Source of the DNA: an uncultured Chloroflexia bacterium
GTDB lineage: Bacteria > Chloroflexota > Chloroflexia > Thermomicrobiales > UBA6265
NCBI GenBank assembly: GCA_963724295.1
Contig: CAVRUC010000001.1
Span: 1 to 64,000 of the forward strand
Direction: 5' to 3'
DNA length: 64,000 nucleotides
The position numbers and the translations under genes were made by a program. Shown in pieces: positions 11,960-21,701 of this stretch (its first letter is position 1; the number at the start of each line of letters is the position of its first letter). The notes below the pieces were generated by a model. The model was given only the letters and a program-made list of their open reading frames with translations, did not search any database and had not been told where the DNA came from.

Positions 11960-13546
11960 ATGGCACCTGAATTGGTCGTCACGCCCGGAGGTTACCGCCC
12001 GCCCGAGATGGTGCACAAGATCGGAGGTGACCTCAAACTCCGCATCTTGACCGGTCGCTTGCAGGGAGTCGATGCCTCGGACACGCCTGTGGCTGACTAT
12101 GGCTCGATCCCCCGGGATGGGGGGAACCCGGCCATGACACCGGGATACGCGCTTCCTCCCAGCGAAGACACCCCGGAAGGAAGCGAGCTGACTCCGGCCT
12201 TTGGCCGTGGGTGGATAGCGTTTGCGCATTGGACCAATGAGGGTAACGAGCACGTTTCATCGTTCCGCTCCACATGGAGAGTACCGCCGGAACCCGCGAG
12301 CCGGGACGGGCAGACAATCTTTCTCTTCTCGGCCATGCAAGACCCGATTCCGATGACGCTCTTACAAGCCCTGCAGTGGGGACCATCGGCGGCCGGTGGG
12401 GGCGAGTACTGGTCGGTCGCGAGTTGGTACATCGGTGGCACAACCGGCGCCGTATTCCACGGTGAACTCGTTCCGGTCAGCGTCGGGGACGAACTGACTG
12501 GAGTCATCAGGCTAGCGGGGCGGCAACGGGCGCACTGCGATTACCGATCCGGATTTGAAGAGTTCCCGGAAGCTGATCTCCCGGTCTTTCACGTCCGTGA
12601 CTTGTCGCGCTGCGGCGTGGTCATGGCGGCGTACGGGATCAAACAGTGCTCGGACTACCCGGATGCGAACGCGATGGGATTCCGGAACATCGAGGTGATG
12701 ACAGGATTCAGGCGTCCGGCTCTGGCCTGGAACCCAGTCAATACCATCACAGACTGCGGTCAACATGTCTTCGTCTTGAGCGATGCCAACCCTGGTGGAC
12801 AAGTCGACGTCCACTTCCAACAGGTTCCGGTAACGCCCGCCGTCGAACCGGTTGCGGCGGAAGCAGTTCCTGAAGAAATCGCGGCCGAACCATTCGCCGC
12901 CACAGCATTAGAGCAGGAACCGGAACCAGTGGTGGAAGAGGTCCCGGAGGGGATCGAGCCCGAGCCAATCGTTGCCGCGGCAGCCGAAGTGGCACCGGAG
13001 ATCGCTGTGGCCGAGGCGGAGCCAGCTCAGGAACCAATGATGGCGGAGGCGCCAGAAGCGGCTCCAGAGGAGGAGGCGCCCGAACCACTTGCTGCTGCGG
13101 AGCCTGATATGGTGGCCGCCACAGCGGGCGCGCTGGAGCCAGCCGCGGCAGGTGCTGAGACAGAGGCGCCATCTCTCCGCCTGGAGGTTTCGGAAACTGC
13201 CGCGCCTATCCCGAGCCTGGAAGTGCATCCGCGGATTGATCGACTGGTCGAGATCACCATTCACAACCACTCCCCGGCCGGCCCCACGTCCGCGGACCTC
13301 GAATCCCGTCTGGCGAGACTGGAAGCGACCGTGACCTCGTTCGCTCAGTTGCTTGCTCCTCTAGCGCACCAACAGCCAAGCGCTGACGTCAACGGTGACG
13401 TGGCTACGAAGTTGGAGCGGCTGCTGCAGCTGAAAAGCACTGGTGCGTTGACTGATGACGAGTTTGCGGCGGTCAAGTCTCAGGTCATCGGAGGACCGAT
13501 GTCATCCAATGGAGCGAATGTCGCTAGCAAGGCTGTGCTGCCATGA
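11960..13546 (+). CDS. Glutamic-peptidase(G1)-like N-terminal domain, acidic Ala/Pro/Glu linker and C-terminal SHOCT domain
   Basis: TPGGYRP, W-x-VP, QTIFLF and LQWG-x-SAAGGG-x-YW-x-VASWY motifs; SHOCT-like LERLLQLKSTGALTDDEFAAVK. Confidence 0.6.
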   Translation: MAPELVVTPGGYRPPEMVHKIGGDLKLRILTGRLQGVDASDTPVADYGSIPRDGGNPAMTPGYALPPSEDTPEGSELTPAFGRGWIAFAHWTNEGNEHVSSFRSTWRVPPEPASRDGQTIFLFSAMQDPIPMTLLQALQWGPSAAGGGEYWSVASWYIGGTTGAVFHGELVPVSVGDELTGVIRLAGRQRAHCDYRSGFEEFPEADLPVFHVRDLSRCGVVMAAYGIKQCSDYPDANAMGFRNIEVMTGFRRPALAWNPVNTITDCGQHVFVLSDANPGGQVDVHFQQVPVTPAVEPVAAEAVPEEIAAEPFAATALEQEPEPVVEEVPEGIEPEPIVAAAAEVAPEIAVAEAEPAQEPMMAEAPEAAPEEEAPEPLAAAEPDMVAATAGALEPAAAGAETEAPSLRLEVSETAAPIPSLEVHPRIDRLVEITIHNHSPAGPTSADLESRLARLEATVTSFAQLLAPLAHQQPSADVNGDVATKLERLLQLKSTGALTDDEFAAVKSQVIGGPMSSNGANVASKAVLP

Positions 13547-13740
13547 GCGGCGGGAAATTGATCGCGCTCTGGATTGGATGCGTCATCGTGGGCGCGCTGG
13601 TCGGGTACTTCATCGGTCTGTTGCTGTGGCAGCTCGGATTCGAGTTGCTTGGTAGCGCGGTGACCCTGGTCGGCGCCGGGCTTGGTGGCATCTTGATGTT
13701 CCTGGCGGTTCTCAAGTGGAGCGAAGATCGCCAGCCCTGA
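13543..13740 (+). CDS. Small two-TM membrane protein
   Basis: ATGA coupling to the upstream gene; hydrophobic profile. Confidence 0.7.
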   Translation: MSGGKLIALWIGCVIVGALVGYFIGLLLWQLGFELLGSAVTLVGAGLGGILMFLAVLKWSEDRQP

Positions 13741-13800
13741 CTGTTGTGCTGGATACCGGATCGCATGGCGCCTGCTGAGGGCAGGATTTGGAGGAACGCA

Positions 13801-14217
13801 ATGTCCCTTGGGCCGATTGAAATGCTCGTCGTACGGTTTCCCGGCAACCAGTTCTCCGGTGAGATCATTCCCGCGTTGGCTGAGCTGGTCGAGAACGACA
13901 CTGTGCGCATCGCCGATCTGCTCTTCGCGGTCAAGAACAACGAGGGCAATGTCAGGGTGCTCGAGTTCAATGATCTAGCCCCGGACATCTTCGGGCAGTG
14001 GGATCCCCTGGTCTCGGACGTCACCCCGATGTTGAACGAGGACGACGCGCATCATATCGCCGCGTCGCTCGAGAATAACTCCTCTGCGGCGATCATGCTC
14101 TTCGAGAACACCTGGGCGACACGCTTCGTCGACGCGGTCAGCAACGCTCGCGGCGAAGTGGTCCTCAACGAGCGTATTCCACGCTCGGTTATCCAAGAAG
14201 TGACCGCGACGGCGTAG
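13801..14217 (+). CDS. DUF6325-family protein
   Basis: GGAGG RBS; LGPIE..FPGNQFSGEI and ENTWA motifs; SHOCT partner downstream. Confidence 0.8.
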   Translation: MSLGPIEMLVVRFPGNQFSGEIIPALAELVENDTVRIADLLFAVKNNEGNVRVLEFNDLAPDIFGQWDPLVSDVTPMLNEDDAHHIAASLENNSSAAIMLFENTWATRFVDAVSNARGEVVLNERIPRSVIQEVTATA

Positions 14218-14251
14218 CGATTCACCATGTATCAATAGGAGGAAGTTCACC

Positions 14252-14593
14252 ATGATGCGACGACGAGGCGGGGCAGGGATCGTTGGAACCATGGCGCGGA
14301 CGGCAGTTATCGCGGGAACGGCAACCGCCGTCTCGAACAAGGTGACTCAGCGCCAGTACAACAAGTCTGCCCAACAGCAGCAGGCCCAGATGGCGGACGA
14401 GGCTTCGTTTTCGAATCAGCAAGAGATCGCGCAGATGGAAGCCCAGATGCAAGCGATGCAAGCACAGCAAGCGCAAGCCGCGGCGAGTCCGCCGGACCTG
14501 ACGGCGAAGCTACAGCAACTGGCTGAGCTGAAGGCGTCAGGCGTGCTCAGTGAGGAGGAGTTCGCCGCTGCAAAAGCCAAGCTCCTCAGCTAA
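14252..14593 (+). CDS. SHOCT domain protein
   Basis: ARTAVIAGTATAV N-terminus, Gln-rich linker, LAELKASGVLSEEEFAAAKAKLL. Confidence 0.85.
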   Translation: MMRRRGGAGIVGTMARTAVIAGTATAVSNKVTQRQYNKSAQQQQAQMADEASFSNQQEIAQMEAQMQAMQAQQAQAAASPPDLTAKLQQLAELKASGVLSEEEFAAAKAKLLS

Positions 14594-14809
14594 GGCCCGG
14601 TATCGTCGTGCCATCGAATCCAAGCTCAAGGGAGGCTCTGGCCTAATACGCACCTGAGGACGACGCGTACAACGCTGGAAGTCTGAGACCGAGCGCGGCG
14701 GTTCAACTGATCCTTTCGAGACTGCTGCGGTGCCTGTGGAAGGTGTTGGGCGCACCCGCGCTTTCGATGCGCTCATTGGGCCAACCCACCGCGCGGAAGG
14801 GATCACGCG

Positions 14810-16261
14810 ATGACCAGCGACGCTCGATCCGTGGTCGCAAATGACACAATTGCCTCGGATCTTGCGGTGGAGGAGCAGGAGCAGAAGCTTCGGAAGCGCG
14901 CAATGCAGGATCCGGCGGTGCGGGCGCTGATTGGATCGCGCCTGGCCTCTGTCCTGGGGATTGCCACTCTCACCTACGGCGCCATGATCTATCTGGCTAG
15001 CGTTGGCGCCCCGCAGTTCGTCATCTCACTGATGGGGGCAACCCGCTACATGGCCGCCCTCCTCTTCGGCATTGGTGGTGGGGCACTGGCTGACGCCATG
15101 TCCAAGCGAACCGCGATGGTCACCGCCTACGCCCTGCAGGCCGCGGCCTGCTTCATCATCCCGACCGTCTGGGGCATCAGTGTGACGAGTCTCATCGTCC
15201 TGATCTTCGTGGTGTCGATGCTCGGCCAAATCGTCACGCCGGCCGTCAAGGCGGCGACCGCCCTGGTCACCTCTGCCGCACAAGTCGCGGTCGTCGCGGC
15301 AATCATCTCTGTCGCGGGTGGTATCGGCTCGGCACTCGGCACGTCAATCCTGGCCCCGCTTCTGATCAATTTCAGCACGTTGCAAGTGCTCGCCTACGTC
15401 TCCGGCGCCATCCTCGCCTTCGGCGCCATCCGCGCCATGAAGGTGCCCATGGAAGAGGAATCGACATCATTGACGCGCGCGGCGCGAAACACCGATTGGC
15501 GGAAGACCGTCCCCACCTTGCGTCATACGGCCGACTGGTTACTGGCCAACCGCAAAGTGGGGATCATGCTCCTCGTCGGCTCGATCGTCGTGGCCCTCTT
15601 CGACGGGCTGAACACGCTGATGCCCGTCTACGTGCGCGACGTCCTGGAGGCCAATCCCACCGCCACGGTCTATATTCTCGCCCCAGGTGCCATCGGCTTC
15701 CTGGCGGGGTCGGCGCTCGGTCCCTGGCTGATGGACCGCCGGGGGGAGCGTGCCCTGGGCGTGATGTCGCTGATGCTGCTCAGTCTCGGCTTCGTGCTGT
15801 TCGGGGTGATCGAATTGGTGGCGCCCCTGTTGGCGCCGTTCAGTCCCTTGCGGCTGCTTGGTCTGTTCGGCATCTCGCTCAGTCCGGAGATTCAGGCGGC
15901 CGGGTTGATCTCGATCTTTACCGCGCTCGGCTCGACGGGAGCCGGCGCCGCGGTCCAGACCTACGTCAACCGCTACACCATTCTCGCCCGGCAGGCGACG
16001 ACGTTCGGTATGCAGGAGGTGCTCGACAATGCGCTGACGCTCTTCTCGGTGCTGGTGCTCGGTGCTCTGGCGACCCTGCTCGGGTCAAAGCTCGTCTTCA
16101 TCATCGCGCCGCCGCTGATCGTGGCTATCGTCATCTGGCTGATCCGAGTCTGCTTCCGCGTCACCGCGCAGGATCCCCCTGAAGCGCGCGCTATCCTGCG
16201 CGCGCTGCTCCGCATGGATCGCGAAGGTGCGGAGCCAAGTCATGACGTGAACGCGGCGTAA
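14810..16261 (+). CDS. MFS transporter
   Basis: About 12 TM segments; GGALADAMSKR and DRRG loop motifs. Confidence 0.8.
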   Translation: MTSDARSVVANDTIASDLAVEEQEQKLRKRAMQDPAVRALIGSRLASVLGIATLTYGAMIYLASVGAPQFVISLMGATRYMAALLFGIGGGALADAMSKRTAMVTAYALQAAACFIIPTVWGISVTSLIVLIFVVSMLGQIVTPAVKAATALVTSAAQVAVVAAIISVAGGIGSALGTSILAPLLINFSTLQVLAYVSGAILAFGAIRAMKVPMEEESTSLTRAARNTDWRKTVPTLRHTADWLLANRKVGIMLLVGSIVVALFDGLNTLMPVYVRDVLEANPTATVYILAPGAIGFLAGSALGPWLMDRRGERALGVMSLMLLSLGFVLFGVIELVAPLLAPFSPLRLLGLFGISLSPEIQAAGLISIFTALGSTGAGAAVQTYVNRYTILARQATTFGMQEVLDNALTLFSVLVLGALATLLGSKLVFIIAPPLIVAIVIWLIRVCFRVTAQDPPEARAILRALLRMDREGAEPSHDVNAA

Positions 16262-16287
16262 GGGACAACGGACCGGAGGAAAAGACT

Positions 16288-16650
16288 GTGAAGCTTCTCA
16301 TCCAGTGGGTGATCAGCGTCGTGGCCATCGCAATCACGGTGCGGATCGTACCGGGAATCACGGTACAGGGTGAAGAGTGGAAGGGCCTCGCCATTGCCGC
16401 GGTCATGCTGGGGCTTGCCAATCTGCTCATCCGGCCGATTCTGACCCTGATCACGGCGCCGATCACCGCGGTGACACTGGGACTCTTCTGGTTCGTCGTC
16501 GGTGCGATCGTCCTGGCGGCGTCAAGCTGGCTCTCCCTGCGGTTCTTTGAAGCCGGTATCGTGATCGACGGCATCCTCTCTGCCATCCTGGGAGCGCTGA
16601 TCATCGCCATCATCACCGGGGCGTTGGGGCACTTCCTCATGCGCGATTGA
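16288..16650 (+). CDS. YvlD-like 4-TM membrane protein (phage holin family 4-2)
   Basis: RPIL..ITAPI..TLGLF motif; GGAGGA RBS. Confidence 0.8.
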   Translation: MKLLIQWVISVVAIAITVRIVPGITVQGEEWKGLAIAAVMLGLANLLIRPILTLITAPITAVTLGLFWFVVGAIVLAASSWLSLRFFEAGIVIDGILSAILGALIIAIITGALGHFLMRD

Positions 16651-16737
16651 TCGCACCGCTCATGTCGCCCGTGCCATCTCGGGCGCGAGGCGGCCAGCGT
16701 GGGCGGCTATGCGCAAAAGGCAAAGGGTGGGTTGGGT

Positions 16738-17415
16738 ATGGGCGGGGTGATCGGGGAGACGCTTCCCCTCGGGCTGGGGATCGCCCTCAATCCCATTGCC
16801 ATTGTCGTGGCCATTCTCATCCTGGGCACGGTCAATACCCCGAAGAACGGCATCGCCTTTGCCTTCGGGTGGATCTCGGGCCTCACCATCCTCCTCGTGC
16901 TCACCGCTCTGATCGTGCAGGCGCGGTCCGTGGCCGACCCCGAGACAACACGCTCCATCGTTTACGTAGCCAAGGTGGCATTCGGGCTGATCCTCATCGT
17001 CGCCGCTGTCTGGGGATTGCGGCGGCGGCCTCGGGCCGAGGAAGACCTGGAGCGTCGTCGATGGACACGGCTGATCAACGAGGGAGGCGTCGCCCGCTCG
17101 TTCGGTCTCGGACTCTTCCTGTCCGACTTCAGCATCAAGAACCTCACGCTCGTCGCGGCGGCGGCCGGCGTGATCGGTCAAGCGGACCTGGAAAATCGCG
17201 ACCTGGCCGTGGCGATTGGCATCTTTGTGGTGATCTGCACGATCGGCATCCTGGTCCCCCTGGTGGTCCGCGTCTTCGGTCACGAGCGGGGCGATCAACT
17301 CCTCGCGGTCTGGCGGACGTGGCTGGAGCGCAACGTGGCCGCAGTCACGGCGGTCGTAATGGTTCTGCTTGGCGCGAGCCTCATCGGGCAAGGGATCGGC
17401 GGCTTGGTGGGATAG
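16738..17415 (+). CDS. GAP (Sap-like) family membrane protein
   Basis: ALNPIAIV, KN and WLERN motifs; six TM segments. Confidence 0.78.
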   Translation: MGGVIGETLPLGLGIALNPIAIVVAILILGTVNTPKNGIAFAFGWISGLTILLVLTALIVQARSVADPETTRSIVYVAKVAFGLILIVAAVWGLRRRPRAEEDLERRRWTRLINEGGVARSFGLGLFLSDFSIKNLTLVAAAAGVIGQADLENRDLAVAIGIFVVICTIGILVPLVVRVFGHERGDQLLAVWRTWLERNVAAVTAVVMVLLGASLIGQGIGGLVG

Positions 17416-17492
17416 CGTGATTGCGTCTGGCTCCACCTCGAGGTTGAACGTCGTGGTTGTGCCAGAACGTGCGAAAGGGTGAACGGAGGACC

Positions 17493-18641
17493 GTGAACGG
17501 CGCCAGTGACATGCTGATCCTGATCATCGTCATCGCTGGCCGGCTGCTCGTGCCGCTGGCAATCCCGCGGTATCCGATCCCGGCGGGCATCGCGGCGCTC
17601 GTTATCGACGGAATCGATCAGACGATCTTTCAGAGGTTCACTTCGCTCCCGCTCACGGGCTACCAGGGTTACGACAAGGCGCTCGACATCTACTACCTGT
17701 CGATCGAGTACCTCTCGACTCTGCGCAACTGGACCAATCTCGGCGCCGTGATGATGAGTCAATTCCTCTTCTACTTTCGGCTGGTAGGCGTCCTCCTCTT
17801 TGAACTGCTGCAAGTTCGGGCGCTGCTCCTCTTCTTCCCCAACACCTTCGAGTACTTCTTTCTTTTCTACGAGGCGGTGCGCCTGCGCTGGAACCCAAAG
17901 CGCCTGAGCGCAACCGCGGTTGTCGGCGCCGCCTTCGCCATCTGGGTCTTCATCAAGGTTCCACAGGAGTATTGGATCCACATCGCGCAACTCGACATCA
18001 CTGACACAATCAAGCAAGGTCTCTTCGGGGTGCCGACAGATACCAGCTGGGAGGAGATCGTGCGCGACAACATCCCGTTCTTCATCGGGTTGATCGCTCT
18101 GATTGCGCTGCTCATTGCAGGACTGTACTGGTACGTCACCCGCCGGCTCCCGCCGGCTGACTGGAGTTTCTCGTTCGATGTCGATGCCCACGGTGCGGAT
18201 GTCCCTGCCGAGAGAGTCATTGCGGTCCAGCAAGCGAAGGCGAGCCGGCTCTGGGACACCGAGCTCCTTGAGAAGGTCGTCCTCGTCTCGCTGGTGACGG
18301 TCATCTTCTCGCGCATCCTGCCCAACGCGCAGGCGTCCGTGATGACCGTAGCCATTGGCGTCGCCGTGGTCATCGTGGCCAACACCGTTATCAGCGAACT
18401 GCTTGTGCGCAGGGGCGTGCGATGGGGAGCCACCGCGCTGGAGTTCATCGTCATGGCAGCGGTCAATGCCCTCATCGTCGCCGCCTTCTTCGCGGTGTTG
18501 CCACTCACCGGTGGCTCGATCGACACCCCGGCGACGTTATTTGCGGTCCTTCTGATCACCCTGCTCGTCACCCTCTACGACCGCTTCCGGCCCTACTACG
18601 TCGCTCGCCGCTCATTGGCTGAACTCCGTGTCGGTGAGTAG
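17493..18641 (+). CDS. Hypothetical polytopic membrane protein
   Basis: Long hydrophobic ORF (YQGYDKALD, FPNTFEYF, PQEYWIH); GGAGG before the GTG; start approximate. Confidence 0.75.
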   Translation: MNGASDMLILIIVIAGRLLVPLAIPRYPIPAGIAALVIDGIDQTIFQRFTSLPLTGYQGYDKALDIYYLSIEYLSTLRNWTNLGAVMMSQFLFYFRLVGVLLFELLQVRALLLFFPNTFEYFFLFYEAVRLRWNPKRLSATAVVGAAFAIWVFIKVPQEYWIHIAQLDITDTIKQGLFGVPTDTSWEEIVRDNIPFFIGLIALIALLIAGLYWYVTRRLPPADWSFSFDVDAHGADVPAERVIAVQQAKASRLWDTELLEKVVLVSLVTVIFSRILPNAQASVMTVAIGVAVVIVANTVISELLVRRGVRWGATALEFIVMAAVNALIVAAFFAVLPLTGGSIDTPATLFAVLLITLLVTLYDRFRPYYVARRSLAELRVGE

Positions 18642-18766
18642 AGGAAACCGAACAGGAATGGGGCCGCCATACTCACGGCGCTGTTCCGGACAACCGATCA
18701 TCGCAACGATTTTCAGTAGCGAATTGGACGTTCAAACCCAGGTTTGCGGCCCTGCGGGAGTTGCCG

Positions 18767-19204
18767 ATGCTGCGATACACGCTGTTCTACTTGCGCACCC
18801 TATTTGGATCTCTGGGAGATCCTCAGGTGCGACCGTACCTCGTTGCCGCTAGCAGTCTCATTGCAGTCGGGACGGTTTTCTATTCCCTGGTTGAAGGTTG
18901 GGATCCGTTTGATGCCGCCTACTTCTGCGTCACCTCGCTGGCCACGGTCGGCTACGGCGATCTAACGCCCGTGACGCGATTAGGTAGGCTTTTCACCATG
19001 GTCTACATCATCGCCGGTCTCGGCGTCCTTAGCGCATTCATCGCCGCGATCACGCGGGTCTCCGTCGAGCAGATGGAGCTGAGGCGTCAGAATCATGTCC
19101 CTTTGCGCCCCCTGCGCAATAGGCTTTCCAAATCTGCTGGCTCAGGCGAGCCTGATCCAGTGACCACGAACAACCCGGGAGATTCAGAGGAGGGGGAGCA
19201 GTAG
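18767..19204 (+). CDS. Two-TM potassium channel
   Basis: TVGYGD selectivity filter flanked by two TM helices. Confidence 0.9.
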   Translation: MLRYTLFYLRTLFGSLGDPQVRPYLVAASSLIAVGTVFYSLVEGWDPFDAAYFCVTSLATVGYGDLTPVTRLGRLFTMVYIIAGLGVLSAFIAAITRVSVEQMELRRQNHVPLRPLRNRLSKSAGSGEPDPVTTNNPGDSEEGEQ

Positions 19205-19391
19205 TGGATCGAGCACAACAGCTCATGTGAAGGTCGAGACAGATCTCGTGGCGGGTAACGGTGGGTTTAGCGTCGACCGGCCACTGTTCGCTTACCGTAT
19301 CACCACGTTTTGGGGACGGATACTGCTCGACAAGCCGAAGTTGGCTGCGGCGCACACGAGTACTGCTGCGCCGTCGCCCGCCAGCAGCGCC

Positions 19392-19640
19392 TCACTTGCG
19401 CATTGGTGCGCGGCGCATCACCTGCAGGGCGAGCTTGGAAGTCTCGTCGGTCGTGAACGCCGTCCCGTCCTCGGCCCCGACAGGGTAAGTGATCGTCCAG
19501 ATGGGTACGATGTCAGGCAAGGTCTCGCACGGAATGAGCGCGAAGTCGAGCAACGGGGTGCCATCGTTGTCCAACTCGACGAGCCACGCTGCCGAGCGAC
19601 CTGTGTTGTCGAGGCCGAGGATCTTGCCGTAGCAGCGCAT
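19392..19640 (-). CDS. Hypothetical protein, probably leaderless
   Basis: Perfect TATAAT (19647-19652, minus strand) ends 6 nt before the ATG. Confidence 0.55.
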   Translation of the reverse strand: MRCYGKILGLDNTGRSAAWLVELDNDGTPLLDFALIPCETLPDIVPIWTITYPVGAEDGTAFTTDETSKLALQVMRRAPMRK

Positions 19641-20013
19641 GCGGGGATTATAAGGGCGCCGATCGCTACGTCGAAAGAGCGTTCCAAATGGTGCTGTGAA
19701 ACGGTTGCATTGGTCGCCTTCACGTCGACATTCATCGCCGACGCCCGGGAGGCGCGCTGGGCGCCTCCTGCTGCTGGCGGCCGAGAGGCGCTCTGATGCC
19801 GCGGTGGCGGATGCCGTTGGGTGTTTTTGTCGGCCCGGTGGCCCGCATCCGGCACTGCTGCGCCAAAGCGGGGAGGAGGCGCGTTACAGGACCGTCCCTG
19901 TCCCGGACAACGGAGTGGATGCTCTGGCCGCGCGATCGCGGTCCGGGCGTTGGGACGATCAACGGGATCGACGTAGAGTCTTCTACAAGTCTCGACAGAA
20001 GGGTCCGACGGCT

Positions 20014-20229
20014 CTAGCGCGCGTTGGGATAGGCGAAGCCGATCGGGGCGCGCCGAGGTTCTGCCTCTTCCTCCTGAGGACAGCTTGCCGTGAGACACTG
20101 CAGCGCGAAGGCGGCGCGGCGCTGAGCGGGCGAGAGCGCGTTGCGATCGATGATGAGACCGACGCGCTGGAGTCGGGTAGCGGTGCGGTACAAGGATTCG
20201 GCTGCGGCGACTTGCTTGGCGTCCATCAT
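20014..20229 (-). CDS. Hypothetical protein
   Basis: GGGAGG RBS before ATG ATG; C-terminal PIGF motif. Confidence 0.55.
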   Translation of the reverse strand: MMDAKQVAAAESLYRTATRLQRVGLIIDRNALSPAQRRAAFALQCLTASCPQEEEAEPRRAPIGFAYPNAR

Positions 20230-20411
20230 GTCCTCCCTGGAGTCGTAGCGACGGTGCTCGGTTCGTTGACTCCACGGTAGGGCCGCGCCGGGTCCCCGAC
20301 TGCCAAGCAGGGAACAGCGCGCATGCCAATTCACGAACATCCTGCCCGTCTCAGGCGCGGCGACCACGCTGATTCCCGGCGACAGAAGCCACGGAATGAG
20401 GGAGTCTCGGA

Positions 20412-21701
20412 GTGACGACAGATCCGGTCCGGCTGGCCATCGTCGGGTGCGGCGGGATGGGAAGGCGGCATCTGGCGGGGCTGGCCGAGCTGGCGCGGGT
20501 GAAACAACAGACGACCGAGCTAGTGGCCGTCTGCGATCTCAATGAACGCAACGCGAGCGACCTCGCCGACGAGGCGAGCGCGCTGCTTGGCAGCCGGCCA
20601 GACGTCTTCCTCGACCTGGCAACTATGGTTCGCGAGACCGACGGCTTGGAAGCGGCCGCCTGCACGACCGATTCCGGGTCGCATCATTTGGTGGCCAGCG
20701 CTCTGCTCGATCAGGGTCTGCACACCCTTTGCGAGAAACCGCTGGCCCTGACTGTTCGCGGGTGCAATTGCATCATCGCCGCGGCGCAGCGGAGTGGCAA
20801 GGTGCTGTCGGTGGCGGAGAATTTTCGGCGCGACCCGATCAACCGCATCGTGCGGGCGCTCCTCGATGACGGAGCGATCGGTGACCGGCAGTTCATGATG
20901 GAGACGGCCGTCCGCGGTCGCGACACGCTGATGATCACGCCATGGCGCCACCAGAAGCTGACCGGGAGCATCACCCTCGATGCGGGTGTCCATAGCGCCG
21001 ACATCTTGCAGTACTACTTCGGCGCTGCCACAAGCGCCTACGGCCAGACCCGGCTCTACGAGCCGACGCGCGTAACGCGGGAGACCGCCGGTCCGGGCGG
21101 GTACTACGAAAAATGGGCGCTAAACTTGCCGGCGGCGGTCGAGGCCACGGGTGAGGACGCGATGTTTGGGCTAATCACCTTTGCCAACGGCGCCATCGGG
21201 CAGTGGGTTGACCACTATGCGGGCCACGGGGAACCGTTCGCGCACCGCATGGTCTTCGGCACGCGCGGCTCGATCGCGGCGCCGGGCGATCGCAACGGTC
21301 GCCCTGTCCGCCTCGTACTCGATGACGGCACCGACGTCGCCGACGAGCGAGTGCTGGATTACGCACCGAGCTATCTGCTGGAGCCCGCCGCGGCGACCCT
21401 CTTCGGCGGCGAGCGCCCCTGGACCTACGACTTCGACTTTGCCACAACTGACCGCAAGCTCATCGCATTGGAATACGCCGAGCTGGCGCGCTGCGTTCGA
21501 GATGGCACGCCTCCTGAGGTCAGCGGGGCGGTCGGCAGGAGCGACGTTGCCCTGGTCTACGCGCTCTTCGAGTCGAACATCGCTGGCCGGCCGGTGACGC
21601 TCGCCGACGTCGAGTCGGGCGTCATCGACGCCTATCAACGGGAGATCGACGAGCATTTCGGGCTCATTTCCGGGGTGGGGGGGACCAGGCGGACATCGTG
21701 A
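20412..21701 (+). CDS. Gfo/Idh/MocA family oxidoreductase
   Basis: GCGGMG Rossmann motif, CEKPL, D-x-GVH. Confidence 0.92.
   Translation: MTTDPVRLAIVGCGGMGRRHLAGLAELARVKQQTTELVAVCDLNERNASDLADEASALLGSRPDVFLDLATMVRETDGLEAAACTTDSGSHHLVASALLDQGLHTLCEKPLALTVRGCNCIIAAAQRSGKVLSVAENFRRDPINRIVRALLDDGAIGDRQFMMETAVRGRDTLMITPWRHQKLTGSITLDAGVHSADILQYYFGAATSAYGQTRLYEPTRVTRETAGPGGYYEKWALNLPAAVEATGEDAMFGLITFANGAIGQWVDHYAGHGEPFAHRMVFGTRGSIAAPGDRNGRPVRLVLDDGTDVADERVLDYAPSYLLEPAAATLFGGERPWTYDFDFATTDRKLIALEYAELARCVRDGTPPEVSGAVGRSDVALVYALFESNIAGRPVTLADVESGVIDAYQREIDEHFGLISGVGGTRRTS

Noticed and set aside
16288..16650. Holin-family gene as evidence of a prophage
   Set aside because: YvlD-type proteins are common chromosomal membrane proteins; no phage genes nearby.
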